Made by a program: the position numbers and the translations under genes. A stretch of DNA of 56,928 nucleotides, filler included, from Jimgerdemannia flammicorona (Eukaryota): NCBI GenBank assembly GCA_003990765.1. It is 2 parts of 2 records of this genome, joined end to end, with 100 filler letters (N's around TTAATTAATTAA, not from the genome) between each part and the next. Parts side by side here need not be neighbours in the genome. Positions count along the whole stretch, not along the records: positions 1 to 28,415 come from RBNJ01000562.1; 1 more part is not named here. One strand, written 5' to 3'. The notes below the pieces were generated by a model. The model saw nothing but the letters and a program-made list of their open reading frames with translations, did not search any database and was not told the origin of the DNA. Below are positions 13,177-24,201 of this stretch, piece by piece; position 1 is the first letter of the stretch; every line of letters begins with the position of its first letter.

Positions 13177-14950
13177 AATTATAAAGATATAAAAAACAAA
13201 TAGAGAAGCAGCTAAAGGTTCTGCTAAAATTACAGATTTTTTTAAATATATAAATAGTAAAAATATTGAAAATGAAAATGAAATTGAAATTGAAATTGAA
13301 AATGGAATAGAAAATGAAATTGATATTGAATATTTATCTGATGAAGATATTAATTATCAAGTTGAGATTAAAAACATTAAAGAAAAATTAACAGAACTAA
13401 ATATTAATAATCAATTAAAAGTAAAATTAATGGTACTTATTCAATATTTAAGATTAAGACAAATTGGTTATAATATTACTAAAGCAAGTATAACTGTTAC
13501 TATTAGTTTAGGATGGAAAGCTTGGAGTATATATCATATTATAAGTTGGTCAAAAGAATTATTTAAAACTCAATAACTTTCTTTATCAAAATAAGGTAAA
13601 TATATAAAAATTAAATGTTTATTAACTCATAAAGATATTTATCTTAAAGTTTTACAATATCTTAGAGAATATAAATTTGATATTACACTATTATTACTTC
13701 AAAAATATATTAATGAAAATATTTTACCTTTATGTGGAATTTCAAAAACTATTCATGAACATACAGCTCAAAATTGGTTAGAAAAATTAGAATGGATTTT
13801 AAGTGAAGTTAAAAAAGGAATTTATTATAATGGACATGAAAGAGAAGATGTTTTAAAAAATAGAATAATATTTTTAAATCAAATGAGTATTTATGAAAAT
13901 TTTTTAATAACATTTGATGAAAATGTTATTGAAATATTATTTCATCCTGAGCTTGAAATTAATGAAAAACATCATGTTTTTATTACTCATGATGAATCAA
14001 TTTTTTTTTTCAAATAATAGTAAAAAATTAATTTGGTATCCTCAAGATGAAATGCCTTTAAGAAAAAAAGGAAAAGGATGTGTATTAGTGATAAGTGAAT
14101 TTTTAACTAAAACAATTGGATCTTTACATTTAAATAAAGAACAACAATTATTATTTTCTAATATACGTAATATATTTAAAGAAACTATTAGACCAGGAGT
14201 TAATGGAGATGGTTGGTAGACTGCTGAAGATATTGTCAAACAAGTAAAAAATAAAGCAATTCCTATTTTTGAAATTATATATCCTGGTTGTATTGCAGTT
14301 TTTACCTTTGATAATTCAATAGAACATCAAGCATTTATAGAAGATGCTTTAAATGTTAATAAAATGAATTTAAATTGGGGAGGAAAACAAAAAAATTAAG
14401 AAATACAATTTTAGAAAATGGTCAAATACAATTTATAAATTTTGAAGATAATTATTTTGAAGAAGAAAAAAGAGATCAACCAAAAGAAATAAAAATAATT
14501 TTATAAGAAAGAGGATTATGGAAAGATAATTTATTAAAAACTTGTCAACAATATATTAAAAATGAAGAAAAACATTTAAGAAATAATTGTTGTGCACAAA
14601 GAATTTTAGAATTACAACCTGACTTTCTTAATCAAAAATGTATGCTTGAGGAAATTATTACTAAAGCTGGATATAAAGTTATTTTTTATCTAAAATTTCA
14701 TTGTGAACTTAATTATATTGAGATGTATTGGAAAGCTGCAAAATTATTTACAAGAGAACATTGTGATTATACTTGGAATAGTTTAAATGAAACTGTACTC
14801 CAAGCTTTAGATAGTATTAAATTAGCAACTATTCATAAATATGCTAGAAAATCTTTTAGATATATGGATGTATATTATCAAGGATTAACTGGAAAAGCAG
14901 CAGAATATGCTGTAAAAAATATCATTCTCACCTTCACATTCCTAATATAG
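13177..14950 (+). pseudogene. DDE transposase (ITm-like, long D-to-E insertion)
   Basis: GHEREDV, THDES (D 13991), KKGKG..VISEF, DGW, FDNS (D 14310), CCAQR, KFHCELNYIEMYW (E 14720); frameshifts and stops. Confidence 0.8.
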
Positions 14951-15107
14951 AAATATAAATAAATATTCAATTATTTTATATCTTATATATCTCTTATTTA
15001 TTTTATATTTTATGTATCTCTTATTTATTTTATTTATCTACTTTATCTATCTTGTCTATCTTATTTGTCTTATATTTTGTCTTATTTATTTTATCTATCT
15101 TATATAT

Positions 15108-15777
15108 TATAATGTAGCAGATGCTTACTCTTGAAAGTACGTCGGATTTCTGTATCTTGAAAACTTGACTGTTCTGACTCTCGCAGAGTCTCTTGAAGCG
15201 GCAGGGGAGGTGGGTGAGTTTGAAGTGTATCTGCCCACAGGTTTACTAGTTCCTTTGCTATCTCTTTACTTTGAACTATTTCGATCTGAGGTTTATTTAC
15301 TTGAAGATACTGGGTTATTTATACAAGTTTGCTAGCTATTAGAGGGTGGCTAAGTAATAAATGAGTCATTTGGACTTTGTCGAAACATTTGGACAATGTC
15401 TAAATACTATACTAAATCGAGGTATTTGATTTGGATAATGTCTAAAATTTAGACAATGTCTAAGGATTTAGACAATGAAGCTGAGTCAAACTAAAGTTAC
15501 AGATCATGAAACTGAGTCAACTTGAAGTTACAGAATACAAAATATATAAAAATGAGACCTTACTAATTAGAACTGAAAGTATATATGTATACTAAATATA
15601 TTATATGTCAAAATAGAGAACTGCAACAAACTAAATAACAACCATAACTCTCAAATATATATTCAGCTAATGTCGAAATTGAGGACTGCTAACTATAAGG
15701 CTATACTACTTTGGGAATGGGTGCGATCAAGTGTCTATTCCCTATTTCCTTCTTCCTAATTCGGCTATACTGTCACA
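15108..15777 (-). repeat. 3' LTR of Gypsy-1 (~670 bp)
   Basis: Matches 21556-22030 except for 195 extra bases (15478-15672); preceded on the minus strand by PPT AGGAGGAAGT (15778-15787). Confidence 0.95.
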
Positions 15778-15814
15778 ACTTCCTCCTGAATGGATGGTCT
15801 CATCCCTGAGGCAT

Positions 15815-16276
15815 CTATTCAAACTCCCAGGCTTCAACGGTCTGTATGGTCTTATACTGTGCAATTTGCTGCATGACTGTCTCCCAATGATGTCTTCTCA
15901 CTTTCTCGAAGTTGGTAGGAGTTACTCCTCTCAGGTGGTCTATCGCTGCTTTATCTTCTCGGAATAACTTGTGGATCCTTTTGGCAATAGTGATCTGTGA
16001 GTGGGAGAGTTGACACTTGGCAATCCAGTCCTCCTTGGTCTTTACTGGATCCTGATTGAGCACCTGTCCAAGCTTGAAGTACTCTTGGAATTTTGCCCGA
16101 TATTGATAGGCTCTAAAGTGTGAGATCTGAGAGAGATGAGTCTGCACAATACTCTGAATATCCTCATAAAATGGCTCTATGGTCGGGGGCTCGGTGGTGT
16201 GCCATTGTCTTTTGATGGCTCTTTGGGCAGCACTAGTGATCTTGAGTGCCATCGCAGTACTTTTGTTACTGGCCAT
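15815..16276 (-). CDS. Accessory ORF3 of Gypsy-1, 153 aa, unknown function
   Basis: Intact ATG-to-stop ORF between integrase and PPT; ATG overlaps the integrase end (..KKYHGQ*); homologous to the 3' ORFs of Gypsy-2 and Gypsy-3. Confidence 0.75.
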   Translation of the reverse strand: MASNKSTAMALKITSAAQRAIKRQWHTTEPPTIEPFYEDIQSIVQTHLSQISHFRAYQYRAKFQEYFKLGQVLNQDPVKTKEDWIAKCQLSHSQITIAKRIHKLFREDKAAIDHLRGVTPTNFEKVRRHHWETVMQQIAQYKTIQTVEAWEFE

Positions 16277-17459
16277 GATATTTCTTGAGTCGGTTTCAGT
16301 GAATAGTGGTGGAGATTATTGTGCCTGAGGGTTTTCGTAGCCAAAAGGTGGTTCCTTTTATATCTTGCACAAGGTAAGGTCCTTCCCACTTGGGCTCCAG
16401 TTTTCATGACCATGAAGCTTCTACTATATTCCAATATACCAGGACCTTGTCTCCTATCTTGATAATCTCCAGGGGCTTGTGGGTCTTTTCCGCATTCCTC
16501 CATTGCAGTGTCTGTGCCTTGGTAATGTAATCCTCAGCCTTCTTCCTAATTTGGTGTAGTCTCCGTATTTCTATGTCCACATGTTTCCATACAGCATCTC
16601 CATTGGGTGATAGGGTTCCTTGAGAACATTCTTCTCCAAATAGCATTTCTCAAGGGGTAAAGTGGGTACTTTGTGATCAGATATCCCGGAGAGCAGATAA
16701 TGCTATTGGCAGATAGTGATCCCAGTTCTCGTAGTTATCACAGATCTTGGCGATAACATTCTTGAGGGTTTTGTTGGTCCTTTCTACTTATCCATTTCCT
16801 TGAGGGTGATATGCTGTGGTCTGAATATGCTGAATCTTATACTTCTTGTAGAGAACTTCGAAGAACTGGTTCACAAATTCTGTTCCTCTATCTGTGGTTA
16901 CTTGTGTTGGGGTCTTGAATCAGCAGATGATTTCCTTGTGGAAGAAATCGGTGATTGACTGTGTATTGGCTTCCTTGAGGGGTCCTGCTTCTATCCACTT
17001 CATAAAAAGGTCTACAATGATGATGATGTATCGGTTGCCAGTCAAAGTCAAGGGTAGAGGGCCAATTACATCCATTGCAATGTGAGCGAATGGTACTGGT
17101 TCTATGTGTGCTGACCCTGGAGCTTGATTTCGTTGGTCTTGTTTCTGTTTCTGGCATTTGTCGCATGTCCTGACAAATTGTCTGATATCTTCCTCTATCC
17201 CTGGCCACCATATTGTTCTTCTTGCCTTGTCATATGTATTCGTTCCTCCTAGATGGCCAAGTTCATGTACTGATTTCATTGCTTGCTCCTTCTTGTGTTC
17301 GGGTATAACTAGTAGTTTTCCTTTCTTCAGTGTTTCTCTGTCAGTTTTGAATTGTTTCCATGTCCTGTTGATAATCGTTTGTGTCCATTCTTCCAGATGT
17401 TGGGGCATCTTTCGCTGTCTCAGGTATGTGATGATTCCATAGTAGAGTTTCTTATTCAT
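16266..17459 (-). pseudogene. Integrase of Gypsy-1
   Basis: HELGH...CDKC zinc finger, IAMDVIGPL, VDLFMKW core, WEGPY C-terminal motif; in-frame stops. Confidence 0.9.
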
Positions 17460-20436
17460 AATTGCTTTGTTGGTTGGAGGTAGTTCGAGGTGTCTATGAG
17501 AGAGCATCTGCATTGGAATTTGTTCTTCCAGGGCGGTACACGATAGTTACATCATAGGCTTGTAACTTCATTATCCATCTGGCGTAGATTCTCTTGGGTT
17601 GTCCAGTTGTCAGTAGCCAGGTAAGAGCTGAGTGGTCCGTCTGGATGGTGAAGTGTCTTCCAGCCAAGTAGTAGTGGAACTTTTCTATAGCCCAGATGAC
17701 TGTGAGGCATTCCAACTCGTAGGATTCATATTCTTTTTCAGCTCCTCAGGTTCCGTGGCTAAGATATGCAATGACATACTCCTTTTTGTCTTCTTTTTGA
17801 GCTAGGACTGCTCCTAGTCTCTGTGCACTTACATCCGTCTGAAGGATTAATTCTTGGGTCCAATTGGGTCGTCTGAGGATAGGTGCCTGGGTCAGTCTAA
17901 CCTTGAGTTCGTCAAATGCTTTTTGTTGTCTGCCAGTCCACTGGAACTTGGTATCCTTCTTGTTGAGTTCATAGACTGGGCCTGCGATGTTGGAGAATCC
18001 TCTAATGAATCTGCGATAGTAGGAGGCGAGTCCCATGAAGGCTTGGGCTTCTGTAACAGTTGTGGGTCTTGGGTATGCTGCCACCACTTGTATCTTGAGG
18101 GGGTCCATGTGTGTTCCATCTTGATTGATAATATGGCCAAGATAGGAGATCTCAATTTCTGCAAACTTGTACTTCTTGGGTTTGATATGAAGGCCATGTT
18201 GTCTTAGTCTTTCCATTATCTGCTGTATGTGCTGCAGATGTTCCTTGGCTGTCTTGCTGTAGATGATTACGTCATCGACATAGACCATCATCCATCTTCC
18301 CATGTCATAGTGGAAGATTTTGTTCATCATTCGCTGAAAGCTTGCTGGTGCATTGCACATTCCAAATGGCATTTGTAGATAGATGTAGGTTCTGTCAGGG
18401 GTGATGAAGGCTGACTTTTCACTTGCCATTTCTGTGAGTCCGATTTGGTGGAATCCTGAGTATAAGTCCAAGGTGCTGTAGTACTGTGCTTCATCTCCCA
18501 GTATTATAAGAATGTCGCTGATGAGCAGCAGTGGTTGGCAATCCTTCTTGGTGACTGCATTGAGCTTTCTGTAGTCAACACAGAGCCTTGGGGCAAATTC
18601 TCCAGGTTTGGTTCCTTTTTTCGGGGCTAGTACAACTGGTGAAGACCAGGGGCTGCTGGCTTCCTTGATGATACCAGCTTCTTCCATCTGCTTGATTTCT
18701 TCTCTGAGCCACTCTCGGTAGGCTGGTGGGACAGGTCTTGCCTTCTGATAAATTGGTTCGGTGTCTCCAGTATCTACCTCATGATAGTAGTGTGGGGTCT
18801 TTCCCTTGATATCCTTGAAATCTGTGGCAAGGACATCCTCAAATTTGTGGAGTATTTTCTTGAGTTCCTCCTTGAGTGGGAATTCATCTCCAATGGTGTA
18901 ACTGTGCTTGCTCATGTTTTCCTCCTTCTTATGCTCGAGTTCGGTAATCTTGGTGCTGGTGAATATTCCTCTTCCTGTGGATCCGAATCCTTTCTTTCCT
19001 CTTTTCGTTTCCTCCAGATTCTTGACTTCTATGATCCTTGGCTGTATGATTGGGAAGATCAACATTTGTACCAATTGGTCCTTCTTCTTGACTAGGAATG
19101 GAATTGTAGGATTGTGGTTCCTAGCAATGAGTAGAATTTCTCCAGTATAGTCTGAATCAATGACTCCTCCTTCGATTGTGATTTCGCTTCTAGCCAGGCT
19201 GCTTCTTGTCTTGAGAATCCCGACATGATCCTTTGGGATGGTCATCTCTAGTCCAGTTGCGAGTAGGGTGGTTGTCTGGGGTTCGAGTACAGTTTCTTCT
19301 ACTGTAGCGATGTCTATTCCAGCTGCGTTTCCTGACTTGTATTCTGGCAAGACTGCATCAGGGTGGATCTTTTGAATCTTGACCTTGATTTCTTCATCAT
19401 CACTATCCTCCAGGAGGGCTGGTGGTTCATCATCTTCCTCCTTCTCTTCTTCTCTGATCCATTTTTCAAGAGCTTTCTGCCTTCTTTCCTGATAGATCTT
19501 CTTGGTTCCAATGGTGCACTGGTAGCAATCATTGACATGCTCCATACAGTACATCTTGATTCCATGAGGACAGACTCCTTGTAGGGTATAGCCTTCTGCT
19601 ATCTTCTTGCACCATTCTTCTTCACTCATCCATCCGACTTTCTTCTTCTTTGGAGTAGTCACCATATAAGCTTCCTCTTGCTTGCTCTTTTCTTCCTCCA
19701 TATCGGGCAGGACTCCTTTGTTGATATTGATGGGAATTTGTATCTTCTGTCCCCGGTAGGTAATCTGCATCTTCTGAGCATTGAGATCGATTACCACCTT
19801 GGCTTTGTGAAGCCATTGATTGCCGATGAGGATGTCATAGTTGGTGGCATTGGTTATGATTATATCTACTGGGATTATTACTCCTCCGATCTTGATGAGA
19901 ACATCTCAGATCTTTCTCAGAGGTGTGGCTCTTGTGCCATCGGCTGTGACAAATACTAGCTTAGTTGCTTCTTCCACATCCCAACCTAGGTGGTCTGCTG
20001 CCTTCTTACTGAGGAGACATCCTCCTGCTCCTGTGTCGATGATGGCTTCAAAGACTCGATCCTCAATTTGGCATGTTGCATAAGCAGAGGTTTTGCGATT
20101 GTCCTCACTTTCTTCTCCTGAGTCCTCTTGAACATTATTGGCCTTGGTTATCTTCCATCCTTGTTCCTTAGTTGTTTCGGCAAGTCCAAACCTCGTTTGC
20201 TGTCTGAATGTGGGGATTTCTGCGAGCTGACCAAAGGTTGCATTGACCTTTTGTTGACTGAGATCCTTGAAGATATCATACTTGAAGGTCTTGGTCTTGC
20301 AAAGTTTCTTTTCTTTTTCTCCTTTGCTGGCTGGAGTAGTTCCTCGGATGATATCTTGAACTGCTTGCTCCAGCTCGATATCCTGGTCCATCTCTTCAGC
20401 TTGGCTTTCTGTGTCAGTTTCCATCCACTTTTCCAC
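17452..20436 (-). pseudogene. pol: pol of Gypsy-1: aspartic protease, Cys/His module, dUTPase, RT, RNase H
   Basis: IIDTGAG; CPHG..DCYQC; dUTPase; RLCVDYRKLN, MPFGMCNAP, YVDD; QTDVS, ELECL, TDHSAL, NADALS. Confidence 0.95.
18973..19389 (-). other. dut: dUTPase domain inside Gypsy-1 pol
   Basis: All five trimeric dUTPase motifs: AGIDI, RSS, GVIDSDYTG, LVQ, RGKKGFGSTG. Confidence 0.92.
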
Positions 20437-20559
20437 TGGGTTCTTCTTGGGTCTTCCTGGCGGTCTCTTGTAGGGTTCTTTGCGAACATCCTTCTTGGTG
20501 GTCTGAGCAGGATAGGCCTCCCATTCCTCTTCATCGGATTCTCCAATTTCTTCAAAGGT

Positions 20560-21543
20560 GATTGTATTGGCCTGCTCCTTGTTTCATGTGGCATTGCTTG
20601 GTTGAGCCTTGCATTTGGTTTCACTCATACATTCATAGGAGTAGTGGCCTTCTTCTCTGCAACTGTAGTAGGTACCTTTCTTCTTGTCTGAGGTGGCGGC
20701 AAACTTCTGAACAGGGTGGCAATCTCTTCCTCGGATTTCTTTTACCACATCTCCCAGGTGGGTAGTCATTTCCGCAAACCTTTTGGTGAGTTCCTCCAGA
20801 GGGTCACTGTTCTTTTGCTGCTCTGTAGCTTTTGGCTGAGGTGTGTTTCAATTGATCATTGTGGTGGGGATCACACTGATTGCCTTGGGTGCCTCGATTC
20901 TGACTCCTGTAACTCTCTCCATTGTATGGTCTTGTGGGTGTCTGGCTATCCAGTATCGCTGAGCGTAGGTGACCTTCTGTGGCAGATCCAGAATCACTGG
21001 TGATGAGTGGATGGCCATGGCTATTTCTGGATGGACTCCTTTCATGAAGGTTACTTCAGCCACTTGATCTTGGATAGCAGCAGCATAATCTGCAAGGATT
21101 ATCTGATATCGAATTCTGGTATAGAATGTGTTTGGATCCTCGCTCATTTCTTGGTATGTTGTGTTGAGCTGATCCTTCAGGGCTTGCTTGATCTTGTCTG
21201 TGTAATATGTATTTCGGAGCCAGGTCTTCTGTGCTGTCAGTATAGCATCCGCATCATTTCCTGCATGGGTTGCAGCTGTGAATGCTGCTCTGGCAGGACC
21301 TCATAGGCTGAAGGGCATGAGGGCTACTTGCTATGCTGCTGTCAGGGTCCTTACAGTGGCATACTGCTCAAAATCATCAATGAAGGTGATGATTGATTCA
21401 TCTGAGGTATATCCATGGAATACTGGTGGTCTCATATCCATCTTGTCTGGGTATTGGGGCTCAGTTTGTATGGTTGTTTGGGTGGTGGCAGTTGTTCGTT
21501 GTTCAGCTTGAAAGTGAGGGATTTGTCTTGAATCATCAGCCAA
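20560..21543 (-). pseudogene. gag: gag of Gypsy-1
   Basis: PPVFHG..SIITFIDDFE capsid-like start, EDPNTFYTRI, FMKGV, zinc knuckle YYSCREEGHYSYEC (first Cys mutated); stops. Confidence 0.8.
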
Positions 21544-21552
21544 TGGGCACCA
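21541..21552 (-). promoter_or_regulatory. Primer-binding site TGGTGCCCATTG (resembles a C-to-T mutated tRNA-Lys-type TGGCGCCC)
   Basis: Immediately follows the 5' LTR on the minus strand; tRNA identity is inference. Confidence 0.6.
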
Positions 21553-21555
21553 AGT

Positions 21556-22030
21556 TATAATGTAGCAGACGCTTACTCTTGAAAGTATGTCGGATTTCTG
21601 TATCTTGAAAACTTGACTGTTCTGACTCTCACAGAGTCTCTTGAAGCGGCAGGGGAGGTGGGTGAGTTCAAAGTATATCTGCCCACAAACTTACTAGTTC
21701 CTTTGCTATCTCTTTGCTTTGAACTATTTCGATCTGAGGTTTATTCACTTGAAGATACTGGGTTATTTATACAAGTTTGCTAGCTATCAGAGGGTGGCTA
21801 AGTAATAAATGAGTCATTTGGACTTTGTCGAAACATTTGGACAATGTCTAAATACTATACTAAATTGGGGTATTCAATTTGGATAATGTCTAAAATTTAG
21901 ACAATGTCTAAGGATTTAGACAATGTCGAAATTGAGGACTGCTAACTATAAGGCTATACTACTTTGGGAATGGGTGCGATCAAGTGTCTATTCCCTATTT
22001 CCTTCTTCCAAATTTGGCTGTACCATCACA
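21556..22030 (-). repeat. 5' LTR of Gypsy-1 (~475 bp)
   Basis: Direct repeat of 15108-15777 with a 195-bp deletion; begins TGTGA on the minus strand. Confidence 0.95.
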
Positions 22031-22119
22031 TTATATAAAATATCCAAATAGTATAATTTTTACTATTAAAGACTGAGATGGACCTTTTGATCATATTTAT
22101 GCTCACTATAGGAACTATG

Positions 22120-24201
22120 ATCACTATTATACCTATTGTTACATAGTGGGTACTGAGTTCTTTAAATATATCAGATTTTTTTCAAGGTATATCTCTTAGA
22201 CTAACTATAAGTTTATTATAAGTAAGTTCTTATTGGAGTATCTTTCTAAAGTCTTATAGTTCTCAAACTTCTTATCTTTAAACTATCTTATTATCTCTTA
22301 GATTATTTATATAAAATTGAGTGTAAGTGAACTGAGGGAACTAACTTTATTTCAAAGAAAATAAGAGAGGTATTTATACAAAATATAATTCAATGATTGC
22401 TAAGATATAAAGCTAAATATAAATTTTAATAACTAAATAAAATACTGGAATATAGAAAACTTTAGTTGTAAGTACAAATTCAAGTATCTGTACAATAGTT
22501 ATATAAGTTCAAGATACTAGTAGATTTCAGTAATACAAGAAAAGAATATCAGAAGAATTTCTGAGTTATGCAAGCTAGATAGAGAGGAAGAGTTAGATTA
22601 GTTGAAAGGTCTTGATATCTCTGGTCAATAGAGAAGATATTAGTCTAGTAGACTTCTTGATTATCTTTAGGCTTAGTAGTTAAAGAGAACTATTGAGTTA
22701 TATAGAGATAAATAGGTACTTTTGATATAGAGGTTCTGAGAGATATAGTTCTCTTCTCAGAGATTCTCTGATCAGGATGCCAGAAGAATAACAGTTATAC
22801 AAAGAACTTAGAGCAGAATTTTCAGAATCCTGGAGACTTCATCTTTATCACTATCATCAAGATTAGAGATCAGAAATAGGATATCTTTGAAGAAAATAAG
22901 ATTAGTAAATATTTTATCTATCTCATATATTTCATATCTCTTTATCTATAGATAAGATCATCTTTTAAAATCATTTAGTAGACAAATTAAAGTTTGAAAA
23001 AAATGATTTTTTGAAATATTATTTTTCTGTTAAAAATATATCTCAATTTGTTTAAAAAAAAAAATTTTTTTTTTTATAAAATTTTTACTAAAGGTAGAAT
23101 TATTATATAAAATATTATTGGTAAATTTTTTTTTAAAAACTATTATGATTTTAAAAGTTATAAACTTTTAAAATCTTACCTCTAAATATAGGTACAAAAC
23201 AGTCAAAGGGATATGTTGTATATTTTATATACTTTATATATATTATCAATTAGTAGGATGATATTATATATTCAGCAGCAGCAGAGAGAGCAAGAAGATC
23301 AGGGGCTCTCTAATCTATAACATTCTCTTCTACAAAATAAGAAATAAATATAGGGTCTTAGAGAGATCTAACCTGGATGCTGGGGCCTTAGAATGCTGAG
23401 ATCAGTCTTTGTAGGAATTGATCTGAATTATCCTAGAGGATGGAATTCCAGAACTCTTCTATCTTATCACTATTGAGAGTAATGGTAGATTGGGCTTCTG
23501 TGGTGACTATGACTTCTAGTATATTGGTACAGTAGACTGACAATTTCTTGAAGTCTGAGACTCTAGTATACTCTAAATTGGAGATAGACTATAGTATATA
23601 TCTAAAGATCTGATGGATCTTTTTAACTGTTCTTATTTTATATACATCTATGAGAGTAGTATTTTGTATCTCTTGAGAACTGGCCTGAGAAAATTCCTAA
23701 CAGAGAAGGTTTTTTATTTCATACTCCTGCTATATCTAGAGATATTTGGTAATAATAGTGATCCTTGTTTTCATTTCATAGCAGTAGAGGATAAAGTAAT
23801 AAGAGTCACTAGTACTCAGATTGAGACTAGGAGTTCTTCTTGTATAGATTCTTATGACTCTTCTGATATCTTGAAACATTCTTTCTTAAACTGAGAATCC
23901 TTAGTAGTTCCTAGATCTTGAGGTTTGGTAAGTAGTAGGCATTTTATTTATAGTAAATCTTTGAGCTATTTTGGGATTTTATAAGTTCTGTTTGAGTTGC
24001 TACTGTTGTGGTTCCTTAGTCCTTCTTTTATATTTCTTAAGATATCTGTCTTATAGTTGTGATAACTCATGGTTGGTCATTATTGCTTATCTTGTAGCCT
24101 TAGTAAGTTATGCTATATAATCTTCTTATACTCTGATCTAGTAGCTTGTAAGAAAAGACTGTCTTCTGTGATGATGTCACTATTCTGAGATTACTGTTAC
24201 A
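22120..24201 (-). mobile_element. Highly degraded LTR-element relic(s)
   Basis: Minus-strand TATAAATA (~22371-22378) followed by AATAAA (~22347-22352), as in the other LTRs; gag-like composition at 23280-24100; TGTTACA ends at 22143 and 24201; no clean motif. Confidence 0.3.

Larger units (their letters stand above)
15108..22030 (-). mobile_element. Ty3/Gypsy LTR retrotransposon family 1 (dUTPase-bearing), full length
   Basis: Two LTRs, PBS, PPT, and gag-PR-dUTPase-RT-RH-IN order plus an extra 3' ORF. Left boundary uncertain by ~3 bp; TTATA (15100-15104 / 22031-22035) is a candidate TSD in AT-rich context. Confidence 0.95.
13177..22108 (+). mobile_element. IS630/Tc1/mariner-like DNA transposon, 5'-truncated, interrupted by Gypsy-1
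   Basis: Transposase remnant at 13177-14950; AT-rich 3' region resumes after the LTR element and ends ...GCTCACTA|TA (22101-22110), consistent with a mutated CAGTG-type TIR plus TA target. Confidence 0.6.

Noticed and set aside
15815..16276. ORF3 as env or chromodomain
   Set aside because: No signal peptide, TM helix or furin site; no chromodomain Y(L/F)VKW motif
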